Positions 14,054 to 27,122 of a stretch of 64,000 bases of DNA are shown piece after piece; position 1 is the stretch's first letter; each line of letters opens with the position of its first letter. The stretch is from contig NC_092344.1 of assembly GCF_963676685.1 (NCBI RefSeq), forward strand, positions 31,558,001 to 31,622,000, written 5' to 3'. The position numbers and the translations under genes are program-made. Below the pieces are notes generated by a model that was given only the letters and a program-made list of their open reading frames with translations, did not search any database and was not told the origin of the DNA. This stretch comes from Mytilus edulis (Eukaryota).

Positions 14054-14254
14054 GAGGGTGGTAAAGTGTTATTTCGTGCAACGTGTTTGGCCATTTTTAT
14101 TTCACGTGAAGCCGTGAAAAAGGTTCTTTATTCACCGTGTTTCGTGAAATCGATAAAAAGATCACCGTGCAAGGCATTTTTAATTGTTCGTTCATCGTGA
14201 AATGGCAGTTTTATTTCGCGTTCTTCCATGCAGATACCTCCCTTTACGCCCCTC
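14054..14254. mobile_element. ~200-bp MITE with GAGG..CCTC ends and a 6-bp TSD
   Basis: ATTACA|GAGGGTGGTAAAG ... CTTTACGCCCCTC|ATTAAA, with internal repeated CGTGAA motifs. Confidence 0.6.
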
Positions 14255-14607
14255 ATTAAAACTAACCACCTGACAGTCATGTGACTTAATGACCTTGAAG
14301 TTAACTTTGCATGCAAAAAGACCTCTGCCATGAGTTTAGAAAATTCGTTTATTTTAGACCGATTCTTTTGGAAGGTAAAACTAGTATTAGCAAATGATTA
14401 GTGAAAAGGGTACAAAAATGTGATATCAAATAAAAAAAACGTAAATACTTAATATAATAACTTTATTTGAAAAATCTTCACACCACGTGGTATCATTTGC
14501 TATTGTTACTAAGTATAGCAGCGGAATATGACGTCATGCGGCAAGTGAAAGTAGAATTAGGTCGAAAAAGTCAGACGGTCGAAAACACAATACGAGACGA
14601 TATAACA

Positions 14608-14809
14608 GAGGGGGGATAGGACCTTTATCGGGACTCCAGGATCGGGTGTTTTTAAGCTCGGGATTTCGAGATTGACCCTTTCGGGATCCGGGAATCCTTT
14701 TTTTCGGATTTTGGGATGTCGGGATTTGCTTTAATTAAATTCAGGACCTCGGGATTTCGTTTTTTCAAGTCCGGGATTTCGGGATCAAGACCCCTCCTAT
14801 CCCCCCCTC
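14608..14809. mobile_element. ~200-bp MITE with GAGG..CCTC ends and a 6-bp TSD
   Basis: ATAACA|GAGGGGGGATAGGA ... TCCTATCCCCCCCTC|ATAACA, with internal repeated TCGGGA motifs. Confidence 0.75.
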
Positions 14810-14943
14810 ATAACATGTATTATAATTTCATGAAACCTAAGAATCAATGAATGTTATGTCAAGTATTTATAGTACACTATTTCTTCAACCTAGAATACTA
14901 TATTTGCATAGACAATAGTAAACACAACAGTTGAACTATTCTT

Positions 14944-17900
14944 CTTCTTTAAGTTTTCCAGTTTTCCATCTGAATAAAGATGATTAATAACTGGTGCATA
15001 CGTGGCCTATTTATTAAAATTAAGTTATATTTACAAACAGTGCAAAGAACAGATGTAGTGATTAAAACTATGTACATGAGATGAAGTTTTTTAAATAATA
15101 GTGGAGAGAACAGCATATGTTAGCTGATCTCTGAAAGAGTCGACTGTCTGTGTATTTACTACTGTGGTTGGTAAAAGATTCCATTGAGTTATTGTGTATG
15201 GGAAGAATGAAAATCTGTACGAGTCTTTTGATGTATAAATATGTCTGAAGGTGTGAGAATGATGTTTTCTGGTTCTTGAGTCTGATGGAATGAGAATTGT
15301 GCTAGATGGTATAGCAACAAGTTGATGTGTGATCTTGTACATCATAACCAGTCGTGCACGCAGTCTGCGTTGTGTCAAAATAGGCCAGTTTAGTGTGTTC
15401 AGCATGTTTGATACACTACTAGTATTATGATACCTGTTGCAGGCATACCTAGCAGCTCGCCTTTGGACCATCTCTATCTTTGAAATAGATTCTGAAGTGT
15501 GGGGGTCCCAAACTGAGCAAGAGTATTCGAGTTTGGGACGGACAAGTGCTTGGTATGCCTGGCTCTTGATGTTTTGGTTTGATGTTTTTAGATTTCTTCG
15601 AAGGAAGCCGAGAGTTTTGTTGGCCTTTGATATATTGTCATCTATGTGTTTGTCCCATTTAAGGTTTGATTGTAATGTGATGCCTAAGTACTTAGCAGAT
15701 GTAACAGATTCTAGTATATGATTGTGGAGAGTGTAATTATGTTTTAAAGGTTGACGTTTAGTTGTTACAGAGAGAACATTACACTTGTCTGGGTGGAAGG
15801 CCATCAGCCAGTCCTCTTCCCATTTTGTAGCTGCGTCAAGGTCAGCTTGCAGTTTTAGGCAGTCACTCTGGGATTTAACTGGCATGTATAAGATACTGTC
15901 ATCAGCAAATAGTCTTAGTTTGCTATGTGTAAGGTAGTCTGGAAGGTCGTTGATATACGCCAAGAATAAGACAGGACCTAAGACAGTACCTTGAGGAACC
16001 CCAGAGGTGACTGGGACTGTGCTTGATGATCTTCCATCCAGAACAACTGTCTGGGTTCGATCAGAGAGAAATGCAGAGATCCAATTTAAAGTGTTTCCAT
16101 TAATGCCAAAATAGTGTAATTTGTATAGTAAGTGACGATGCGGAACTTTATCAAAGGCTTTCGCAAAGTCCATTATTACAAGGTCTGTTTGTGTATTTGA
16201 ATTGTTTGTGGATTGAAGTTCTTGAATGAAGGAGAGAAGTTGTGTCTCACAAGAACGAGAGTGCCGAAAGCCATGTTGAAGGTCGTACAAGATGTTATTT
16301 GATTCGAGATGTTTCATAATGTGTGATGTTACTATGTGTTCCATTAACTTGCAGCAAATACAAGTTAATGAAATAGGTCTATAATTGACCGGTTTATGCT
16401 TATCCCCTTTTTTATATGCTGGTGCGACTCTAGCGTGTTTCCAGTCGTTAGGTGTAATACCAGTGTTGTATGATTTGTTAAAAATTAAGCATAGTATTGG
16501 TGCAATTTCTGTCTTCATTTCTTTCAGTAAGCGGCCACTGATGTTATCTGGGCCGGTGGCTTTATGTGGGTTGATCTTATTTAAGAGTTTTTCGATCCCA
16601 TTTGGTGTTATATGTAATTCGCTGATATTAGGATGTGAACTGATGCCTTTGTTTGGTATTGGGTCATCTGTAACTGGGGTAAATACAGATTGAAATTGTT
16701 CGTTTAAGAGATTTGCTTTCTCTGTGGCGTCTGTAATGATGTTGCCGTCTTTCTTTAGTGCAGAGATACCAGATTTGTCAGTTCTTATTGACTTGATGTA
16801 TTGAAAGAGTTTCTTAGGTTTGCTCTGATTTTGTATTTGAATGTCTGGTTCATTAATTGGAAGATCACATATAAGTTTTTCAATATATTCCCAGTAGGCT
16901 TTCCTTTGATCTTTTTGTACCTGAGCTTTCATCTTTTTATATTTCTCCGTGTATTCGCTGTTTTTTCGCTTTTTGTAAAGTTTGTTTTTCTTGTTAATTT
17001 GTCGTCTTAATTTATCAGATATCCACGGTAATCGATGTTTGTTTCGTAGGATTTTTGATGGAATGTGTTTTTCGACAGAGCTGATGAGTTTGGTTTTAAA
17101 TAGTTCCCATAGCTCATTGGTGTTAAGAGAATCATAGTTGTCAATGATTGATTTGTAGATGGTACTTATGTCAAGTTTAATTTCGTCCCAGTTGGCTTTG
17201 TTATACTTGTATACTTTTTGTGGGGTTTCTCTTATTCTCTTAAGCCAGATGTCTGCTTCGACATAGACAATATCATGGTCGCTTGAACCTATTGGTGGTA
17301 GTGTGGTTACTTTGTTGATGTATGTTGGGTTATTAATCATTATTAGATCTAGTATGCGATCATTTCTTGTTGGTGTATTGACAACTTGATGTAGGTTTGT
17401 GTCATTCATTATATCTAAGAGATTTTGGTGAAGTTGTATGTCAGGTTTGCCTGGTATTGTGCTTGATGTTGACCAATCAATATGTCCCAAGTTAAAATCA
17501 CCCCCCACAATAATAGTTGCATTTGATTGACTATTGATACGATTTAGAGATTGATGGAGTTGCTCTAGTGACAAACCTGTATCAGATGGTGGTCTGTAAT
17601 AGGATGATATTAAGATGTTTTTTGAGCCAGCAATATTGATTTCTGCCCAGACTACTTCACATTCAGTTTCTAGTTCTTTTACCTCTGAACTTATGAATTC
17701 TTTTGTGATTGCTATAAGTACACCCCCATAGCTTTGGTTGTTGGTACTTGGTGCCCTGTCATTGCGATACACATTATATAAATCTGATGGAAAGTACTCA
17801 TAAGAAGAGGTGTTTGGTTCTAACCATGTTTCGGTACCTAGTATGATATCTGGTTTGACAGTATCAATGATTTCTAGTAGGTCCTGTTTTTTGTTTTTAA
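14944..17900 (-). mobile_element. 5'-truncated CR1-group non-LTR retrotransposon
   Basis: Encodes APE endonuclease and RT, followed by a short 3' UTR ending in (GAA)n. Candidate TSD TATTCTT lies at 14937-14943 and 17901-17907. No ORF1. Confidence 0.9.
15091..17900 (-). CDS. LINE ORF2 (APE endonuclease + reverse transcriptase), uninterrupted but lacking its start
   Basis: Endonuclease motifs GTETWL, YYRPP, GGDFN and SDH. RT motifs DFAKAFDKVPH, GVPQGTVLGP, LFADD and KYLG. CR1-like C-terminus (VRPKLEY, VQRRAAR, FSFFP..WN.LP). The annotated start at 17943 is a TTG in flanking DNA. Confidence 0.9.
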
Positions 17901-19663
17901 TATTCTTTATAGATAATCTCAAACAACGCAGTTCAAAACACAATTTTAAAAAATCATGGTGCTCAGTGAAAAGGGGCGTGTAAAGTGTGCTTATGAATAA
18001 TGGTTTTTTATTTACCTTTTCCAGATACTATGGTTTGAATATTTTCAACATGAATTACATAATTAGAATGTGAAAATGCATTAACAGTATCATATTGTCA
18101 AATCACATAATTTGGGCTAAAGCTTCAAAATGTTTTCGGCTTGTCTACTTGATCACGAGAAAAAGTTATCGATGAGAACTTCGTCAGTTCCGCCTCTATA
18201 TTCGTGACGTAGAACACATAATAAGATGTATCAATATTTCAAACACTAGCTTTTCCAAAAGCTTGTCCAAGTATAACATTTATTGAGAAGAATTTTATTA
18301 GTTTAAAATCCATGCAATAGGATTATTGTTATATTATCGTTTATTAGACTCCACCTGGTAAAATGTCTCATGATTTGAAAATTAATTTAACGATGTTACA
18401 AATTGTAGTACTGAAAATACTGAACATCGGATGACCACAAGTTCTTGTGAATGGTCACAAGCACTTGTCCATCAGAAAAAAATCACATCTCTATAGATGA
18501 AAGCAGAGACATACAATACAATTGTATTATGTGTCTCTGCTGAAAATGAGGTTAATGTACAAAGATGTATTTTTTTCTGAGACAAGACAGTCGTGCGTTG
18601 ATGATGAATAAATGGCAGAGAATTCAACCTCACCATTATTCTATTATATTGTAGTGATACAGATCAGTATACTGGTTTGTTCTTATTTACAGTAATGTAG
18701 TACTAGTTTATTTATATTTGTACATGTATATACCAGTTACATCAAGGATTTGTATAGGTCTTAATTACTAGGCTATACAAATCCTTGGTTATGATGTATA
18801 TATAATGTTCATCCATGATATCATCCTATTATACTATTCTAATAATCGCAGTGCAAGTATTTCAGTGAATGTTGGATACTCTCCTGTTATAATGCGATTC
18901 TTATAATAAATTTGATTTGATTAGGAACGTTCATATTTTCACGCAAACTTTCTTATATTCTAATATTCGAGTCGTCTCGAAATATACGTATGTTGACACT
19001 ATATTGCTTGTAGGTACACAGATGTTCCGTTTGTACGCATTAAAATGTTTTGGCACAGATTAATTAAAAAAAAAAACAACAGTAAATTGAATAGGTAACT
19101 ATTTATGGTCAATTGCATGATTTTTATTCAAGAATCGAGAGAAATGACGAACAATATATATTAATAGTTCTTCAACAAAAGGAAATAAGAATGCCACGTA
19201 AAATATAAATGTGCTGCAACCTAAAAAAAAAAAAAGAAGAAGAAGAAAGAGCGCTTGTTTATACATTCAACGTTTTTAAATGGCTTCTACTCCCGGCTTC
19301 TACTTAGTAAGTCTTTTGAATGGACTTAAAATTATCAACAAGTCAATATCTCAATAACATCAGATCAATCGATTCTGTTCTGGACAAACCAATTAATGTC
19401 TATTCTGTTTCAAATTCATCTTGCATGTAGTCTGTAGACATATGTAACTGTAAATAGGAATCTAAATTTGTTCGTGAAGACACTGGATAAAAAGCATGAA
19501 AAACATAAACAATTCCGTAACTTGACAGTTCACGTCATGGATCTATTTTTTAATTGATTGAAGAAAAGTTAACCTGGCCTTTAAATTGATAGTTGATGTT
19601 TTAAACTTCCTGGCCGTTTAACATGAATAATTTGGAATGTATTATTAGTTATAATCAAAAGTA

Positions 19664-22600
19664 ATGGTTTTTGATTCAATATGGATTTTGTTTATTCAGG
19701 GTAAGAGTTAAATTTTCCAATTTCAAGTTTAGAACAGACATGCATGTCCAAACGTTTTTATCTCAACAGTTTGATTCATTCATATTTTCGAAATTCAAAA
19801 GAAACCAACGGAACACCATATCTTAATAATGTTTCTTAAAATGCCGACAAAATAAATTCGGAGAACTTTTTGAAATTCTAGAGTGTTCTACAAGTCAAGT
19901 CTAACATGTATGATGAGTTAGGAATAATTTATTATAATAGTTATTGACCCTTAAGCGTTACTTTATTTTTTTTTAATATTTTGAAATGCTTTATATGTTT
20001 ATTGCAACGATCTGTTAAAAAGATATATGAGAAATTACCATAATTATATCATGAATACATTATATATCTTTAAACATGTATCTATAATTATTCTCGTTGT
20101 TGTGCATGTAACCATAGCGCAGTAATTGCGTACCTTTAAAGTAAATATTTTGATAAAAGGTTAAACAAATCTTTTAATATTCATTCATCTGAAACATTTT
20201 TATAATGCAACTTCATATCTTTTAAAACAAATCTACAGTGTGTTTAAAGTAAACATTTTAAAAGCACAATAATATGGCATACTTAATCAGTATATATTTA
20301 ATATCATTGTATAGGAAAGATTTTTAACCGAGTGCTTCGGTACTGACATACATTACGAAATACCTTTAATGAATTACTCATTGATTAATTGGGAAATAAG
20401 TAAGAAACTTAGCTTCAAATTGACTCAGGAAAATTTGATTTCAGGTAGACTTGGCAATTCTCTATAGGTCTTAAATGAGGGCCCTCATGGGGTTTTTGAT
20501 TATGTGATTACTTGGCCGTTTTTTTAATGATTATTTGATTATTAAGCCAAATATTTCATGATTATTTGATTACCTAGGACTGTATTTTTAGTTTATGATT
20601 ATTTGACTACTAAAGATAAGCAAATATTTAATGATTATGTGATTATATTGGCAAAAAAAAAGGTGATTATGTGATTACTAGGACCCCTCATGAGGGGCCT
20701 CTTAAATCAAGTAATCGGACGAATATATTTATAAAGTGTTATTCAATAATTCGTAGCTTCTGTAGGTTTAGGGATGTTTAGAACTTGGCATAATTATTGA
20801 ACGAAGTCGATGCAGACCCTCTCAACTCTAAACATCTGCTTATTCAATACTTTGTCCTTAAATGCTTGAGAATGAGTAGGATGTCATTTTCGGCATGATT
20901 AATTACATATGACTCTAAAAACAATATGGGACGGATATAGTCATCTCTGCGGTTACTGTTTTGATTGTAAGAATCATTTTTTTTTGCAAAAAATGAAACT
21001 GGCAATACTCAATAAAATATGAGTTCGAAGCGCTTCTATAGATTTACATTCGACAGGAACACTCAATGCAAAATATTTGAAAGCCAAAAGGATGTATAAT
21101 ACCGAAACAGTCGAAGAGACATCTGACCAAAAAAGGATATAAAATATTAGCAAAAATAAATCTAAAGTTAACTTTGCTTAAGGTGTCGAAACCTTACTAG
21201 ATTCTTAATAATTTTTGCTTAATTTAATCACCTTTTCAAATATATCAAGGTTTGTTTTAATGGCGAAAACCATGCGGCCCTCCATCCTCCTTAGATCTTT
21301 TAGGGAAATATGATAAGGTTTATCTGATACTGTTTTGTCTGCCAATCTATACATGTCAAAACAAAAAAAATGAAAGTAAAATTGAAAGTAATCTCTGTAT
21401 ATGTTTCAGTACTTCCGGTGTTTGGTGGTTGTTACTACCACTACCAATACGAATACCATGAATGTAATACTGATGTGTAAGTATTCATTAACATACACAA
21501 GAATTATCACAGATAATACATATGCATAAGGAATACAAATGAAAAGAATATTTTTTATATATTTTACTTTTCATGTTAATAAAATTGAGAATGGAAATGG
21601 GGAATGTGTCAAAGGGACAACAACCCGACCAAAGAGTAGACAACAGCCGAAGGTCACCAATGCAGCGTGAACCTATTAGAAAACATTTATGAAACCTATT
21701 TTTCATTTTTTTTTATGAAAACATAGAGGTTATCTCTTGAATTATAATTATATTCAAAGACACAATATTTTCACACACGATTTAAATGCAAATGTATATG
21801 AAAAAAACAAGAACATATGTGTTGCTCAGAAAACCGAAACATGAACCTAAGAGTCGCCCTCAATGAAACCAAGGACTTATTCTTTTGAACTGACATTTCT
21901 TTTTTTCTATAAATAATGCTTTATCCCACAACTTACACGGATTCTTTTAAGAAAAGTTATCGCTTCGACACACACATCAGACATAAAAAAAATGTCTATA
22001 GACTGCTCATTCGATATTCTCTATTTAATATATCTGAATTTTGAAATCGAAAATTGAAATCCACGATCTTAAGTCGAACTTCAGAATAACATATTTCAAT
22101 AGCAAAAGTGCCCAATCAGGATAAGCCCTTTATTTCCGAGGTTGTAATGTCCGTTTCCAATTTAGTCTTACCCAATACATTGTGCAGATAAATTTAATAT
22201 TTAAATCAGATCTATAGCCTTTACTAATACAACAAACATGATTTCATTTACTTTTTATTTCATTATGTTTAGAGGAACTATCATTGGTGCAATTATTGGT
22301 GCTTTGTTTGGAGTAGCCGTTATAGGGGCTATTATCACCACAATATGTTGTTGTGTTAAAACCAGTGGTATTCGTGGTCACGTGATACAACCAGACACTT
22401 TATCAAAACTAAATCAACATCAACATCAACACACGCTACAACAGCAGCGTAAGTAAAAACAAATGATATAATAAGAATCATCATTTTCATGGTTTTACAT
22501 AGTCTCAACATAATAACGTTACAACCATATTTTTTTTATCAAACAAACTGCATGTTAGGTAAATGTCAAAGAGAGGCGAAAGATTCAAACTCATTGGCAG

Positions 22601-24048
22601 AAAATAAACGCAATGTTATAATTTCTCATTGTTGAAGACCAAACGGTTGCCTTTAATTGCTTACAACAACTTCATTTGAACATTGGTGTCTACAATAGTT
22701 AGTCATGTACTTCAAATTGACTTCGGCATGGCTAAATAAGAAAAATGACAAACAGACAAACAGACAAGCAACAGAACATACACCACAACATAGACAACTT
22801 AAAAGAAGCAATACGAACTACCCCGAAAACTTAGGATGATCTCAGGGTGACCAGGTCCTGGTCCACATGTGACAACCGTAGTGTAATTATTGATATATCA
22901 TAACCATTACATTTAATCCACTTTGCCTTTGGTGATAAACGTTTCATTTTCCTTTCGTGATACGTCTTTAAAGGTTTAAGTTTGCATTTGTATTAAGGCC
23001 CTTCTGGCATGTTGTGATGGACATTTAGTTTATCTTGTCAATGGCTAAATAACACAAACAAATGCTATTAGGAAACACATGAACATGATACTGATTGAAC
23101 CAAACTTATTACAACAAGTCAAACATATTACACAACGTTAGTTCATCAATAAAAATAGGATCGAAAAGAAAAAAAGTCAACACATGCATTCATCAATTTT
23201 AAAAATAATATCTGATATTTATTGATCAGATAATCAAATTGTCCTTCAAATATACCTTATGTAAAGTAATGTAAGGGGACCCATCTAGTAAAATATAGAA
23301 AAATCATGATTTATGTGAGTCAGTATTTATTTTGAGATGATGAAATATAAACATAATAGATAATGATCTTGTTTATTCGTTTATAACTTCAGAATTACCT
23401 TCAAAACAGAAGAAAAGCAATAAAAAACGCTCACGTCACAAAAAAAGCTCCAAGAGTAAGCATCCGCTACCACAACCACAACAGATTGTGGCATATTCTC
23501 CTCCGCCAATATATGAACCCGGCCACCTTCCACCTCTACTGGAACATAGTACATCATATTCTTCAATACCATCACAGGAAGCCAGTCATCGGACACCGAT
23601 ACCACACCACAGTACGTCCTCTTCTCCAACACTATTACAGGAACCCAGTCATCAGACACCTGTACCACACCACAGTACGTCATATTCTCCAACACTATTA
23701 CAGGAACCCAGTCATCAGACACCTATACCACACCACAGTTCGTCATATTCTCCAACACTACTACAGGAACCCAGTCATCAGACATCTCTACCACAAGAGA
23801 GTGCGACATTTTCTCCAACACCAACATACGAACCCGGTCATCGGACACCTCCACCACAACAAAGTTCGGCATATTTTTTACTACAATCACAGAAACCTGA
23901 CCATCAGTCAACTCTATCACAACAGAGTTCGGCACTGTCTTCAGCACCTAAACACGAAACAGGCCATATGTCACCTCTACAACACACGAGTGATGCTAAT
24001 TATCCACTCCCTACACAGGAGCTCTACAATCCTCCTTCTCCATCATAA
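19664..24048 (+). CDS. CYYR1/Shisa-like single-pass membrane protein, paralog A (divergent, repeat-extended tail); join(19664..19700, 21410..21476, 22273..22448, 23393..24048), 311 aa
   Basis: All introns are GT-AG with phases 1/2/1, as in paralogs B-D. Protein: MVFDSIWILFIQVLPVFG-GCYYHYQYEYHECNTDV-GTIIGAIIGALFGVAVIGAIITTICCC-...QQQ-KQKKSNKKRSRHKK...PPPIY plus 21-aa repeats. AATAAA at 24140. Exon 1 is the least certain assignment. Confidence 0.75.
20477..20701. mobile_element. 225-bp MITE with GAGG..CCTC ends and a 6-bp TSD
   Basis: TTAAAT|GAGGGCCCTCATG ... CATGAGGGGCCTC|TTAAAT, with internal repeated TGATTA motifs. Confidence 0.75.
23512..24015 (+). repeat. coding minisatellite, 8 x 63 bp (21-aa QEPSHQTPxPHHSTSYSPTLL-type units)
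   Basis: CAGGAA recurs at 23575, 23638, 23701 and 23764, and the outer units are diverged. Confidence 0.9.
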
Positions 24049-25455
24049 CTGAGTTTGTGTGTATTCTTCATCAACTACACATGTACCCGTGACCATCGGC
24101 CATAGCTACCTCTAGCATATCGTGGGTGACATATAATGCAATAAATTCATATTTCTTAATAAAATGAACAGATGACATGAGGGTCAGAATATCAACGATA
24201 CTGAAGAAATATCCAAAGATATACATGAGAACATAACTAAAAAAGATTACAGGCTGTTATTGCCTGTGCACAGTCACCCCAGCATAAAATTTATGATGTG
24301 ACATGCTAGGTTTGTTCAATCTACACACGCACTGTAAAGTCGACATTGATAACAATCCGCATTGCCGGCACATAATTGATCTTTACTATTTATTTGGATG
24401 GACAATTTCATGCTCGAATGGTTCAAGTAATTTTCCAGGAATGGAAAATTATAAAATGTGAAAAGTCTGAAATTTCGGAAAAATAAATACTTTAAAAAAT
24501 GTAAAATCCACCAAACAAAATTCTCTTAAGATTACTAGGTCATAAATTGACGAGTAGAGAAAATTAGAAATATGTAATAACCCAGTACTTGAGATCAATT
24601 TTTTTAAGTATTCTTTTAAATAACTTTGGAAACTACACATTTTTAAAGCATCCATTCGCGTATACTCATATAGTCTTATTGGAAAAAAAGAATTTTATCC
24701 TTGTAAGAATTATTACTAGTAGTAGAAAAATAAGTATGGCTCATATATTTCGTTTTGGTAGTTTCAGGAGCCAGGACATTTGATAATCAACGACCCAATA
24801 ATGAGAATTATTCGACAAAACAGTAATTAAAAATAATGTAGAAATCTTTAAAAAAATTCTTTATCTTATATTCATTATGTTTTGTTCGCCGTGATGTATA
24901 CGTAGCCTTTTTTGTTCTCATGTGGCGTTAAGCAGTCAACAATCAATCAAATATGCTTTGGTTCATATTCGATGAAAACGTTAAAGGAAAATAAAACCAT
25001 TTGTTTACTCATGGAATAACAAAAAAGAGTTTAAAATAAACAACTGGTATATTTGAGAATATTCACACGTGTTTCTTCAATACACAGGTTCTCTCTATAT
25101 ATATCTTTAAACAGGTATCTGTGAGCGAGGATTTTTCTTCTTTTCTTAAGTAAAATTTCAACATTAAACTAGCTTTAGCGACGGAGAATGAATTATTATA
25201 TTTAGTTCTAGTGATAAGTATTGTAGCTCATGAACAAAGGTAATTTGTTTGCTTTCATCCCTTACCGTCCTCGAAAACGCATCTTCAAATAGTGGACGTC
25301 ATTGTTTATTGCACGACTCAATTTTACTCGGATACAATCTTTCTGAGCATGAAACGCAAAGCAATCAAAGAAAACAAAACGGTATATGTTACTGTTATGT
25401 ACACCGTGTTAATTGATTATAATAGTTATCAAAGGTACCAGGATTATAATTTAGT

Positions 25456-25499
25456 ACGCCAGACGCGCGTTTCGTCTACGTAAGACTCATCAGTGACGC
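25456..25499 (-). ncRNA. minimal type I hammerhead ribozyme (intact core) in a partial retrozyme copy (about 25423-25630)
   Basis: The reverse complement reads GCGUCA CUGAUGA GUCU-UACGU-AGAC GAAA CGCGCG UC UGGCGU. Confidence 0.85.
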
Positions 25500-27122
25500 T
25501 CATATCAAATTATTTATAAAGCCAAACAAGTACAAAGTTGAAGAGAATAAAGGATCCAAAATTCCAAAAAATTGTGCCAAATACGGCTAAGGTAATCTAT
25601 GCCTGGGATAAGAAAATCCTTAGTTTTTAAACAAATAGTGTTAAAATTTAATTTACCATCAGGTTTTGTTATTGTTTTTATATGTTATAATTTTTTATTA
25701 TTATTAAAATGGTTATCGGTTTATAAGATCATGACTTTGTGTTATCTTTGTATGTAAAATAAAGAACAAGGATGAAAACCCGACCTAAATGAAAAGGTAC
25801 AAGTACAGGATAACAAAATGATAAACAATAATAATAATAAGAAAAAAAAAAACACAAATCCGGCCTGATATCAGTTATCGACTTTAAAAGGTCAACAATT
25901 ATGGCATAGGACAACCAACGACAACCAATAGACTACATAATACTGTATTCGAACAAGCAGAGAATGTAGAATGTAGCTGTGTACACTAAACGCTTCATTT
26001 TAACTATGAAAACAATTTTGTAGATATCAATTGAAAATTAAGGGTTTGACCCATGTTCTCCAAGATTAAAACCGTATCTAGGTCGTCTACAACATAATTA
26101 GCAAAAGGACACCGTCAGCAGTTAGTAAAAAGTACTCTCTTATGCAATACTAAAATATAAGTAGAGTAAATCTGAAAATAGTTTGTTTCAACCCTATAAT
26201 CGGTTGCGAGGAAATTATATCTGTATCAGTATATTGAGGTAAATAAATGCAACAGTTGAATTCTGCTGTTAAAAAGTCATAAATCGATTGAGAGACGGGT
26301 TAAAAACTTAAACCGAGGGAAACATAACAACTATAAGAGGAAAACAACGAAACAGCAGAACATTGAAGTGCAACCAAAAAACACGACAATGCAACATATA
26401 TAGAAATGAACTTTAATTGAACAACCATCCTATTCTTGACTTGGGTTTTGGTTTTATGGCTAGCCAAACCTCGCGCTTTATGGTAATGTTAAATATGTCA
26501 CTAAAAAGACTTTACATGACGGGAATGCAGTACAAGTAAATACAAGAACACCCAAAACAGAGAAATAAATAGAAAAATAATATAATGGTACATTTCGACA
26601 TGTTAGCCACAGAATAACTACGAATAACTAAAATTAATTTAGAACAGTTACTGTACACAAAAACAGCTAAATAGAATTACGAACTGTGTCACAGGAATAT
26701 AAACGCCATAAAAAGTAACCCAGTTTAGGTTTTTACTAACTGAGACATAATGCTCAATTGGAGCACTTGTGTCGGTTTTGAAGGATTCGACAAACATTTG
26801 CACTTTCCAATTTTCTTCCTAGTACCGGCATTGTCCTCTCTTCACATGCAGATTGTACCTTTGTATATCAGCACTAGCCCATTTTTAAATGATTCAATTA
26901 AGGAAGTCCATCACTGCATGTTATACTTATATTTATTTCATATTATCAAATTGTTAAGCACATAACAAAACAAAAAATAATCAACCATTGTTATACATGA
27001 TCTTATCTGAATCAATGTCTATCAAACGACAATATTCAAATTGCAAAGTATATTATTTAAACGCAGTAATTTGGTACAATAACAATTTGTATCCTTTTAA
27101 AGTCAACACTGAGAAAATAATC

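Noticed and set aside
14521-14540. CRE palindrome ATGACGTCAT next to GCGGAA as a WASH1 promoter
   Set aside because: It lies inside a probable TIR element and I see no good adjacent minus-strand donor.
20909-20966. Alternative exon 1 for paralog A ending at GTAAG 20967
   Set aside because: The phase-compatible frame (MTLKTIWDGYSHLCGYCFD) is not signal-peptide-like, and the ATG at 20926 hits a stop. 19664-19700 fits better.
23381-24052. His/Tyr-rich ORF 23486-24052 and Val-rich minus-strand ORFs
   Set aside because: These are alternative frames of a 63-bp repeat. Only the 23488-24048 frame is joined by the splice phase to the TM exon.
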